Assembly: GCA_001662655.1 (NCBI GenBank)
Contig: KV460214.1
Length of the DNA: 64,000 bases
Source: Pseudogymnoascus verrucosus
Taxonomy: Eukaryota
Direction: 5' to 3' (one strand)
In this document: positions 36,356 to 47,489 of the stretch, in pieces
Layout: the number at the start of each line of letters is the position of its first letter
Position numbering within the stretch: the first letter of the stretch is position 1
Translations under genes and position numbers: made by a program
Notes under the pieces: generated by a model
Database searches by the model: none
Told to the model about the DNA's origin: nothing
What the model saw: only the letters and a program-made list of their open reading frames with translations

Positions 36356-37637
36356 CTAGATCTCATCCTCCTCAGGGTCCCAATCATCTTCCCTCCCCAT
36401 CTCATACAAAATCCTCCCCCCATCCCCTCCACCGCTCTGTGCATCAAAGTATGGTAGCACAACTCCCTCCCTGTCCTTCTTCTGTTTTTCGGTCAACCCC
36501 AGGCTAAAGGTCGATTCCGGCTCCTCGTCCTCGTCATCCATTGCTCCCTGACCATCACCAACTTCCGGTGCTGCATAAAGAGGGTGATCATCCAACAAAC
36601 AGATTTTGCTTCCCGCAGCACCAGGACCAACTCTCATCTTGCCTCCTGCCTCCAGTGAGGACGGCAGTGATGCTGATGACGGAGCCAAAACCAGAACTTC
36701 CCTCACTCCACGTCCACTCTTGCGTCGAATCTCCATTTCAACGACAACACCCTGTACTTGGTCGCCGAGGCTCTTCCGCCCGATAATAACGCCATCCCTC
36801 CCCTCGTGCAAACCAAAGGTTGGTTCTGGTAAACTGCGATCACGTGCGCGCTTTTCTTGCACGGCGTGATCGAGCGAGGAGATGCGGAGGATAGACGTTG
36901 CCAAGTAGGAGAGAGTAGTTAGTGGGCTTGGGGCGTATGGGTTTAGCGATTTCTGCGTGGTGAGAGGGATATCGAGGTGGTATGTGGCGACGAGGGAGAT
37001 GCCGGGGAACAGGAATGATGAGAGGAACCCTGGTAGAGAGAACGACGCCGAAGCGGCCAAGGAATAGAGCGTATCAATAATGACAATAGCTTCTATTATA
37101 TCGTTAGTTTTCCGCCTGATGGCTGGGCAACTTGGGACTCACTGGCACTTGGCGTTGGCGCTGCAGCACTGGGTGGCGGAGGCAGGTGCGTCAAAATCTC
37201 CTGCTTGAGAGCTGCCAGTGGCTTGCCATGTGCTCTGATGACCACGTCGACCTGTGAAGGCGACTTCAAGGTCTGGAATGATACAAATATGACTTTTGAT
37301 TTGGCAATCTGTATGGTGGTCAGTAAATATGCCACAAGAAACAAGGCGAAGAACAGGCTCCCAAGACATCTGCAACAGCACAATACTCGTACTTGGAGTA
37401 CATCCCCCAAAAAAATCATCCAGTAAGGTTTTGACAGTTACACAGAAAGAATGAAACAGGTTGTGTTCTTTGACTCACCTTTGCCCTTGTTATGAACTCG
37501 CGAACGACCGGCCGTGATGACTGCTCTAACGTATCCAACAGCAGCGTGAATGGACTCGCCCCATCACGCAGGTTCAGTAGCTTTTGGAACAGTAGTAAAT
37601 TATGTGTTCTCCTCTGTGCGATCGCTGATGGGGCCAT
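36356..37637 (-). CDS. ELP5: Elongator complex subunit 5 (Iki1), at least 2 introns
   Basis: RRTHNLLLFQKLLNLRDGASPFTLLLDTLEQS; SLVATYHLD; STFSLGLTEKQKKDREGVVLPYFDAQ..GGRILYEMGREDDWDPEEDEI. Confidence 0.88.
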
Positions 37638-38416
37638 TTTGGTGATAATATGGTTCTTGAGTGACCTGTTGGGTACGGAGAGCTAAGATTTTCGAAATAT
37701 ATTCCGATTTTCGACGATTGCCCGATTTTATTATTTAGCTTCAACAAATAATATGACACCCAAAAAGTCCAAGACTTTCGACAATAAAAATAAATAAATA
37801 TTAGCTATTATATATCTCAGATGTGACCGTAGTAAGATACGAATTTAGGACCTCTAATTTATGGAAAACAATTTAGGTCTTGCTTGAACCTTATCGCGAG
37901 TGGCTGGGTAACACGACGTAACGGACAAAAGCAACCTTCAACGTTTGCTGTTGAATAACAACCTTTAACTATACCATGACATATATTTTGAACTATGATA
38001 ATAACAAGCTATTTAGAGACCTGGCAATTTCGCCTTTACGGCCGTGAAACATTGAAATCAGTATATTTCACTCGATGCTAATAACTGAGGCTGATCCAGT
38101 AGATTGTGTCTTCAAGTGGAGGCGCCGAAGCTCTTATTATATCCACAAAACTGCCCTACTACCTAGTATGCTTTCATAAATAGTGTTGGGAAATTTAAGT
38201 CATGTAGATATATCGAGATAAAAATTTACTGTAGAAGTGCTTGGAGAAGAGACGAGCAGTTTAGTTTGCTTGAGCATCTAAAATGGCTGTTTATTCCGCC
38301 CCATGGCCGTCTATTCTGCCGCACAGCTAGACTTAAGCATGTTGCTCCCAGGTGCCACCAACGCCTTGCTCAAAGTATTCATAAAAACGTCATCTCGCCC
38401 CGCATGAGGCATACAT

Positions 38417-39256
38417 TCATCTGTACCCCCTCGGATTGCTGGGCAAGCCTTGCCGCCTTGGATCCTGTCCTTGTCCCTGTCTACCATTACCATACTGATC
38501 GCCTCCGCCACCATTTTGTGACCAAGGCGAGTTCGCAGATACGCCTGGACTCTCATTCGATCTGCCGCTGTTATAACTCTCCTGCCTTTCGTAGCCACCC
38601 CTCTGTGGTGGTGGTTGTGGGTTCCTTCCCGGGCTCATCCCAGGGCTCCTCCCTTGTGGTTGGTCCAGTGAACTTTGTGACGAGCTGTTGCTCTTAGCGC
38701 CGCCCCATAATCTCTGCTTCAGTCGATCCTGTGCCGAACCCGCACTGATCGTGGGCTGTAAGGCTAGCGAATTCTGGTATGACCCATCCCTCTGGCTCGG
38801 CAGCGGCCGCGCAGCCACGTATTCTTGTTGTTGTTGTTGCTGCTGCCCTCGTTGCATCCCGCCACCGGCTCGTAGCGCTGGAGATCCACCTGGTCTCCCC
38901 TGTCTCAAGCTTTGATTAACTGGCGTCGGTGCGGGGGACCCCGAGGAAGCTTTGTTGTCCCATAGGCTCGTTAGCTTGTTGCCGCTGCTCCCTGCATTTG
39001 CAAGATTGCCATATCCAGCTCCGACAGGTGCGCCGTAGTTTTGTTGTTGAACCTGTGGGGGTGGAGCGGCTTTTGGGTCGGGTGGCAGCCAAGGTGGAAA
39101 GGCTCTGCCCTTCTCGGTGTAGTATGCGCGTAGGACCCTGCAGATGTGTGTGTCGTCTGGGGTATCGCCATCAGCTTCTCCGGTCGGGAGGAGGTTGCGA
39201 AGAGAAGCGTAGCGGGTGGATGTCGTGGTGAGGAGGTTGGAAAGGTAGGATGACAT
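38417..39256 (-). CDS. MSO1: Mso1-like Sec1-binding exocytosis protein
   Basis: N-terminal EADGDTPDDTHICRVLRAYYTEKGRAFPPWL (Sec1-binding region), then a low-complexity tail. Confidence 0.85.
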   Translation of the reverse strand: MSSYLSNLLTTTSTRYASLRNLLPTGEADGDTPDDTHICRVLRAYYTEKGRAFPPWLPPDPKAAPPPQVQQQNYGAPVGAGYGNLANAGSSGNKLTSLWDNKASSGSPAPTPVNQSLRQGRPGGSPALRAGGGMQRGQQQQQQQEYVAARPLPSQRDGSYQNSLALQPTISAGSAQDRLKQRLWGGAKSNSSSQSSLDQPQGRSPGMSPGRNPQPPPQRGGYERQESYNSGRSNESPGVSANSPWSQNGGGGDQYGNGRQGQGQDPRRQGLPSNPRGYR

Positions 39257-39739
39257 GATTGCGTGTTGCCTATGTTGCTGTGCCCATGCAAGTGGTCGTT
39301 GTTGCGTTCAGTAGTTCGAGAGGTGACTTCTGTTAAGAAGTAAAGCTTTGGAGGCAATGAAGGTGCTCTGACTTCTGATCGCCGTGTTGAAGGAGGTGGT
39401 TGTGAATGAGGAGGGGATCGGTGTCTCAAGTGCTTCACCGAGGTGGGTAGACTCGTACAGAGTTGGGAGGTGGGGTTACGTAGCGGCTGTTACCGGTGGA
39501 TTAAGGTTTCACATCCAAGCGCTCCACCCAGATTTAAGGCCTGGCGCGCCAAGGCCACATTAATGGGATGCATATACTAAAGATTCATGGAGAACAGCAA
39601 AAGTTGGAGGAGTTCATTACTCAGTGGATTGTCTTGAATTATCTTTGCACTCTCGCGATTGCATATAATTGTTTTATGGTATCAACGTATGCTCCTATCA
39701 AACTATTTACAATCCCATGACACTCCCCAGCGACATATC

Positions 39740-40755
39740 TCATGTAGTAGTTGCGCGTGTCTCACCCTCAACCTCATACTCGACCTCCATCTTGGCGGTC
39801 TTCCTTGGCTTGCCCTTTGGCGCTGCTGGGCGCTTCCTCTTGGACCCGCTAAGCTTCTTTGCAATATCCTCCTCGTCGCTGTTGCTATCACTGTCCTCAT
39901 CATCATCCTCATCTTCATCAGTGCCCTCCTCAGCATCGCTTCCTAGCCAGTCCTCGAGATCGCCTAGATCTTCCTCATCTTCGCCCAAGTCGCTGACGTA
40001 CTCAACCATGCCGACACCCTCCTCCTCCTCCTCCATCTCTTCATCCTCCTCCTCTTCGATGCCCTCGTCCATATCCTCGTCTCTGGTACCCTCTCCCTGT
40101 CGCTCAAGGCCCTTGAGTACCTTCTTCCAGATAGACTCGCTGACGTTCAATGGCTGGTCGCCGTATGCGCCACTCCTCAATCGCTCAATCAGCTCCCTCT
40201 CAATGGCTCTCTCAACCTTCGCAGCAGCAAGCGCCTTTCTCTCTCTCGTCTCTTCTCTTCTCCTGACCTTGGGAGCAAGCTTTGGAACAACCCTCTCGCC
40301 TAACCTCTCATCCTCCTTTGCCAGTCTCCTCATCCTGATGCCGACTTGTGTCAACCTCGTAAGCCTTTGCTTGCACTTGTGCACCAAGAACTTTGGCCAG
40401 TATATTAATCTCTCATCGACTTGCTCGAGCGCTTTGACGTAGTTCTGCGACAGCTTTATCCTCTCCCACAGCTTTGATGGCATGTGAGCACGTTCGATTG
40501 TCTTCATGTAGAGGTAGAGGGTGCCCGTATCGGGATTGGAGCGGACGGTGGCATATCGGGAGTTGGCCAGAGGGCATGATTGTCTGTTGCAAAGACCAGT
40601 GACATTGTATTCGTTACGACAGAAGTTCTTCTCTTTCGTAGTTCTGGAAAATGTTAGTTTTGATTTATCACGAGACTCGGAGGTTCGCCATACTTGAGTT
40701 TGAACGAGCAAAACTGCTGGTTGATAACCTGCCAGACGATTTCGTCTGAAGACAT
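39740..40755 (-). CDS. MAK16: 60S ribosome biogenesis protein Mak16, 1 intron
   Basis: [21 protein letters not shown]/..[26 protein letters not shown]; acidic tail; VEYEVE. Confidence 0.97.
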
Positions 40756-41089
40756 TTTTGAAACGGTGAACCTATTCGAAGGTTCTGAAAACCGATTTTA
40801 GAAGTTTGCACAGTAGCCTCCGACTTTTTCGTTGCGATGCTTTGAGGCCGTGGAAAAAGGTTGTAGATTTCCTCGCTGATAAGAAATATTTCGTCTGGGG
40901 AACTTTTTTCGGATCAATTCACAATTCCAGGCAGCAACAAATCCCCGCCAGGCCGCCAGCCTTACCTAGCTTTAGGTACGTACCAACTACCAGCCAAATC
41001 CATCCCTGGCGCATCGCAAAGCCTCAGCCTTGCCAATCCAATCTTCAAACACCGATATTTACAGCGATTTTGTATGATATGTTGCGTCA

Positions 41090-42937
41090 ATGAAGCGAAA
41101 TGTTACTCTTATAGCACGGCGCGGTGCGCAAGCGGCTCTACTCAGTTATCTACGCAATGCGTCAAGGGCCAGCTCAAGGATCGGGCTGGATTTCTTGAGT
41201 CCATCACATATACCTTCCGGGCGCCGCCGGTTTCACAGCACAATACAGGCACAACAAAATGGAGAAAGCGTTGGTCGTGGCATTGTTTCGTTCTTTGATG
41301 ATACCATTTATGCAGTTTCGACGGCTCCGGGCAGGGCAGGGATTGCCATAATTCGAGTTTCTGGGACAGGATCCTTGGATGTGAGTGAACCAATGCCCCC
41401 TCCCCCTTCGCCGTTCTAACTGGCATAGGTATATCGTGCATTATGCCCCTCGAAAGCAATTCCTAAACCCCGATACGCCACTCTACGTACTCTCTACGAA
41501 CCAAACCCCACCAACAGCTCCAAACCGAGCGTCCTCGACTCAGATGCGCTCGTCCTCCACTTCCCTTCGCCGAAGACCGTCACCGGCGAGGAAATGCTAG
41601 AGCTGCACATCCACGGCGGCCCCGCAACAGTTAAGGCCGTTTTGGCAGCAATTTCACGGTGCAAATCTGCATCTACGATCCGCTATGCCGAGCCTGGAGA
41701 ATTCACAAGACGAGCATTCCAGAACAACAGACTTGACCTGGCGCAGGTGGAGGCGCTGAGTGATACCTTGTCTGCGGAGACGGAGCAGCAGCGCAGAGCA
41801 GCTGTGAGGGGAAACTCTGGCGCTCTGGGAAGGGCTTATGAAGGCTGGAGACAGCAGCTTCTTGAGGCGCGGGGAGAGTTAGAGGCGCTGATTGACTTCT
41901 CTGAGGATCATGACTTTGAAGATTCTGATCCGGATTTGTTGAAGAATGTGGGGGCTGTTGTTGAAAATATCCGGGCTTCTATCAAAGCACATGAGGAAGG
42001 GAGTCGGCGCGGAGAGATGCTGCGGAAGGGTATCAGAATATCCATGCTTGGACCTCCCAATGCTGGGAAGAGCTCGCTGTTGAATCGAATTGTTGGCAGA
42101 GAGGCTTCGATTGTCAGTACCGAGGCGGGGACGACGAGAGATATAGTCGAAGTCGGCCTTGATATTGAGGGGTATCTGTGCACTTTCGCTGATACGGCGG
42201 GGTTGAGATCGCCCTCGTCTGGAGTTGACAGGGAGCCCGCCACGATAAGAGACCGCATTGGAGAGGTGGAAGAAGAGGGGATCAGAAGAGCCAAAGCGAA
42301 AGCTGCGGAGTCTGATCTAATTATTGTGATGGCTTCAGTGGAACTTTCAAATGGGAAGGAGGGGTGGGAAATACGCTATGATACGGAGGCTCTCGACATT
42401 GCTACCAAAGCAGAGGAATACGTAGTGGTCGTCAACAAAACCGACATTATTCCCGAGACTATCTTCGCTCGGATCCTCCACAGCTTCAAGTCCTCGCTGC
42501 CTTCAGTCCCAGAGAACAAGATCATCCCCATTTCATGCAAATCGGATCTTGTATCGACACCCTCAGCTCAAGATGCGGGCAACATCTCATTCCTAATTTC
42601 TCACCTCACGTCCTCCTTCCAGTCCCTCACTACCCTTGGCGATGAAGACCTGTATGGAGTTACAGAGCGCCAGCGTCAACTTCTCTCAAGATGCGATGAA
42701 TACCTATCCCTGTACGAGAGCGAGACTCAAGAAGCCGATATGTCGCTGGATTTCGATATTGTGGTGGCGGCGGAGCATCTGAGAACCGCGGCGAATAATC
42801 TTAGTAAACTTACGGGCCGAGGGGAGGGTGGGGATGTGGAGGAGGTATTAGGGGTAGTGTTTGAGAAGTAAGATTTTCTGTCACCCCGTCAAATGATACA
42901 ATGCTAACAATCAAGCAGATTTTGTGTGGGGAAATAG
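41090..42937 (+). CDS. MSS1: Mitochondrial tRNA modification GTPase (MnmE/TrmE), 2 introns
   Basis: DTIYAVSTAPGRAGIAIIRVSG, ELHIHGG, PGEFTRRAF, GPPNAGKSS, AGTTRD, DTAGLR, NKTD; last exon FCVGK*. Confidence 0.96.
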
Positions 42938-43504
42938 ACAAAGACTTTGTGTATGAGAAGTGAGACTATCTATTGATGCAATCAATGCAAATACATATTC
43001 TAAAACAAAAACTACCCGCGATCCCATGAAAATATCCAATGCCAGTGAAAATCAAATGCGTAACTCCATCCCAATGCCCGTCCCTATGCATCTATTGATG
43101 CCAATGCGATGCCAATATCCGATACCAATGCTGACGCTAAACTGATGCTGATGCCCCAAGATAATGCCAGCCAACGCTCCAAGCCCTCAAAAACGGAAGA
43201 AAAGAAGCAGTCTAATTGCGATGCGATGCGAGAACGACGGCGCTAGTACGCCATACTGAAATGCGATGAAAATGCGAAGAATGACGATGGTGATTTGTTG
43301 AGTGACTCCATGATTTCAGCTCTATCCAGAACGCCGAGAATGCAGGTAGTAGTAATATAGCGTAAAGATGAAAAATTAATTTCGAATGAAGTAGAGTTGA
43401 GGACGCCAGAGAGAATGCCGTGAGGAGAGGTGAGATCTTATTTTTGTAACGCCAAGTTGAACCAAGATAGGTGATTGAAAGCTGCGTGACAAAGTAGGAG
43501 ATGC

Positions 43505-43672
43505 TTAGTTGTAACCTCCGCGTCCGTCCTCGGGCTCATCATCGTCGTCGGGTCCGCGGTTGTAGCCGCCGCGGCCTTGGTTCGTCATCTGCCCGGTGGT
43601 TGAAGCAGATGACCTGTCCAGGAGGGCACAGCCAAAGGTGGCCGAGGAGATGGTTGATGAGGTGAAAGACAT
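43505..43672 (-). CDS. 55-aa microprotein with two GRGGYN motifs (not in the ORF track)
   Basis: Manual translation: MSFTSSTISSATFGCALLDRSSASTTGQMTNQGRGGYNRGPDDDDEPEDGRGGYN*. Strong CACAATG start context, C/A-rich leader, TATATA at ~43867-43872. Confidence 0.75.
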   Translation of the reverse strand: MSFTSSTISSATFGCALLDRSSASTTGQMTNQGRGGYNRGPDDDDEPEDGRGGYN

Positions 43673-45371
43673 TGTGATGGGATAGTTGAGTGGTTTTGGA
43701 GGTGTGTATAAGTCTGATATGGTTGGAAGAAGTTGGAGATGTGTAGTTGAAGAGTGTGTTTGAGGTGAGAAGCGGTTGATGATAGTGTGAATGTGAGAAG
43801 TGTAATGAAGATGCTGATGCTGATGTAGAAAAAAAAAGAAGATTCAAGGAGAAGGTCTACGAGCCATATATACTTTTCTTGCCCATTGAGGCCCAGGCAA
43901 CAGTTCCCCTGCGGAACCCCGGATCTGGTGAGGAACTCGCGGCATTTCGTCACACACTCAGCCCTATGCCCACGCCGACGTAAACATGGCAACCCTGCAG
44001 GCACTTGCCCTCCAATTACAGAGCGATGCGGCGTCCTTTCCAGAAGTTGGTATTGCGCGGGATCTAGTCAGCGCAGCACAAGCAGGCATTAGGAACGTGG
44101 CTGGGCGGGATGGGATCTCAGGGAGTCTATTTCGGCACCGGTATTGTGGTCGTAAGGGCCACATGGTCGCACTCGTAATCTCACTCTGTGTCATGTACGA
44201 GTACCAACTTAGGCAGCCGGGGCCTGCAGGTACGATAACTTAGACCCAAATTCGGAGTTGTGGATCTGCGATGTAGTAGCTCTAATGTGGCAGTGTATGG
44301 GTGAAAGGCGCATAACACGATAACACGAGTCTTCTTTTCCATGATTCCGTAAGCCACCGAAACGCCAAAGTAACACGATTAGCATTTTCTGCGTTGCTGC
44401 GCTCTATTTTAGCGATGACAAGGCACAGGGCCATGACGGGAAGTACGTAGTGGAGTATTTAGCGGCGCATGATGCTAAAACGAGGTCTGGGACGGTTTGG
44501 GACGCCGGGGGAGCGAATCAGACGCAGCCAAGCGTCAGCAGAACAACAACCTGGGTTCTGGAAAGTCGAGATTCCGGAGGGGATTGGTCAACATACGCGT
44601 CGGATGGGGTCCATAAGACGGCTGAGGCGATTGGTGCGGCCCTTCTCTCGAGCCGACGGGACGCTCGGTATGGCAGGTCATTGGCGGCAGACCCCTGGAG
44701 AAGGAAGAAGCGCTATGCGCAAGCGCATTGCGCTTAATAATTTCGGCTAGCTTGCAAGGGGACCATTTCTATTTTTGGGCCCCAGCCTCAAATACTGTCA
44801 GCAAGTTGATGACAGTGCTTTTACAGTATCACTGCAGCGTTTTACGCCAGCAGGATGACTAACCTGATGACCGGTGGCTGGTGCGGTGGCAAATACGAAG
44901 ATTTGACTGTGTTGCTGTAGTAAGTGTAGTCACAGGTGTTTCAACTCGGGCCGTTAAGGCTTCAGCTGTGTCAAATGTCCCGTATTTCCTGCAGTTATCA
45001 TTAAGGTAGAAACATTTTCATTCTCCAGTAATCACAAAACAAGGGCCAAGATTCGAATCCTATATGCATTCGCCTGACTCCAAATTGTTACATACTTGAT
45101 TTGGAAGTGCTGCCTTGGGGTGACTCCTTTGCACAGTTTTCTGTTGATGTACCGGGACAATGTTGTATTTCTTCTGTAATTCCGTCCACCGAGAAGGATG
45201 AAGCATGACTATGTCTTATGTAAATGGCAAGGCGTACTGGTTTGCCTTGCCAGAGATCCTTCGGAGTAAACCCAAGGCGCGGCTCCGATGATTCTCAAGG
45301 ATCGCCGAGAGAGACAGATGCCAAGGCTTGGACAACAGTGGAGTAGTCCAAGAGGACCTTGTTACTTGAAC

Positions 45372-45411
45372 GTCTGATAACTAGTTATCAGATCAAATAG
45401 TTATCAGATCA
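45372..45411. promoter_or_regulatory. Clustered GATA elements: 20-bp perfect palindrome plus a direct repeat (ATCTGATAA-type)
   Basis: TCTGATAACTAGTTATCAGA at 45373-45392; TTATCAGAT at 45385 and 45401. Confidence 0.55.
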
Positions 45412-46162
45412 GACTAATAAAATATGTTTCCATGAATGGCTGCTCTCGAGCTGTGTGAATTCGTTTCAGGTTCCCATAAGGCGGGCATGGTGTGGCATAT
45501 GATAAGATTGTTGATATTGTAGAAACCATCAGAAAGCAGCATTGCAAGTTCGTTGCTCGGGGTGATACCAACAAGGAGACTATTGCTATGAAGTTTAAAA
45601 GATTTGGAGTATTGCAGTTAGTTGTGGGTCGTGGCGCGTGGAGCGATTGTGATGCTATCAACAGAAGGAGTCTCCTTTTCGTCAAAAGGTGCCCGAATAA
45701 AGCCAGGTCGTTGTAAACCCCACCCACCCACGACCAACAAATGAGAACAAAATTTCTTCATTCTGCTTGATTGTAATGATCTGAACTCTTAGAATATAGT
45801 TATAATAGTATACTTTCCCTCTCGCAAGTCTGTTGAAGCCCCGTGATTTGCTTTGGGGATTTAGAAGAGATGTGTACGATGAACGCAGTGTCTCCGTGGA
45901 AACAGTTTTCAATAGCAGAAACATAGCAGAGAAACAGCTAGATGGAGGGGATAGTAATTTACTACCAAAAGTGAACTGCTAGTGCGCTGCGTGCCAACTT
46001 GTGAAGCTTGTAGTAACATTTCAACTTCACCTCCTTTCGCTCAACACTACCACCACCACCACCAAGATACTTTTTTCCCAACCAAACTCACATCATAACC
46101 TTTAATTACTTCCTGCAAAGACTGTGCTATACATTAAACGTATCTTCATTCTCACCTACATA

Positions 46163-46916
46163 ATGGCAGATAAAATACCCAAGACGATAGCCCTCGGGTT
46201 GACGAAAAAGGCCGCTGATGGACGGATTATATCTATCAACCATCCTAATCCCACGGGAAAGGTTCTCAATAAGAAACAATACCGGTCCTTAAAGAATGAT
46301 CGTGTCATGCTTCTTCCACAAAACTACCAAGCACGCGACTCTAACGCTCAAAATGGTGAATGGCAATGCCCGGTGGACGGATGTGATACGGTCTTCACGC
46401 GGAAGGCCGGGCTGTTGATGCATATGGAAAGGGTAAGTTATATCTAAATATTAAGAAGCAATTACTTACAGTGAATAGCCAACTGGCCACAAAGATGACT
46501 TGCTGCGGGACACTGGGAGCGGAACATTTGAAAAGATTCGTAAGTAGCCATCGGAACTGCTCAGAAAGACTACTAACTAGGAGCAAGATCCAGCTCTCAT
46601 TGATAATGGGGCCGCAGACTTCATCAACAACCAGGCGGACGACTTCATCAACAACAAGGCAGACGACTCCATCAACAACATGGCCGAAAGGGTTAACGGT
46701 ATCGATGGAGAAGACTTCCGCGAGGACAAACAGATCGAGGCCCCAGCCTCCGACGGAGGAGAGTCACCTCAGCGTCAGACTGCTGACATCCAGTTTGAGT
46801 ACTGGATGATAAGAGAAAAGGATTATGACAATGAATTTATTGAAGACTTTGAGTGGGTGATGTCGATCCACGAAGGAAGGTTTGATAACCTATACGGTGA
46901 CGTGCACAGGAAATGA
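46163..46916 (+). CDS. Orphan protein with one C2H2-like zinc finger, 2 probable introns
   Basis: WQCPVDGCDTVFTRKAGLLMHMER followed by a GTAAGT donor at 46433; second GTAAGT...CTAACTAG intron at ~46540-46580; three (D)DF/SINN repeats; stop at 46916. Confidence 0.55.
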
Positions 46917-47049
46917 AAAGGGACAAGAGCTGAACAAGAGATAATCGAAAGATATCTTATTCAGATCTTCTTCCTTTTCATTTCCTATGCAGGTCACCGT
47001 ACAGGTTATCAAACCTTCCTTGGTAGGTCGACATCACCTACTCGAAGTT
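46845..47049. repeat. Long ungapped inverted repeat (98-bp arms, 9-nt loop)
   Basis: 46845-46942 matches the reverse complement of 46952-47049 at 84/98 positions by manual alignment. Confidence 0.93.
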
Positions 47050-47489
47050 TAGCGATGGAGCAGGAGGGCTTGTTTCTTTCGTTTCGTTTTTATATATATA
47101 CCCATGGGCATTGTGTTTCGAGGATTGGTCGTTACTGCGTTTTGGGAGGTTACTGCGTTTTAGGAGGTTTTTGGTCGTTGCTGTGTTTTTGGGGAGGCGT
47201 TTGGTCGTTATTGAGTCGTGATAGACTGTGGAGGGACATTATGGTCGTTACCTAAGTTCAGATAGTCCGTGGTGGGATATTTGGCAGCAGCGAGGTGCTA
47301 CGGACGAAAGCATAACCAGAGCAAGAACACTGAACAGTTGTATTAACATTTGAGTTTCACTATATTAACGGAACAACTCTCCTATGTGCTGAATCACCGC
47401 GTGATTGCTCTGAACATTCTTAACCAAAGTCTGGGTTCCGAATCCGTTCAATTTAACTGTCCCCCTCACTCCCCATCCCGACCCCTCCT

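Noticed and set aside
39669..40442. 257-aa Ser-rich plus-strand ORF
   Set aside because: Antisense of the Glu/Asp-rich MAK16 tail.
43886..45924. Several 60-110 aa ORFs in the long intergenic region
   Set aside because: No motifs, splice pattern or codon bias that I could support; treated as regulatory DNA.
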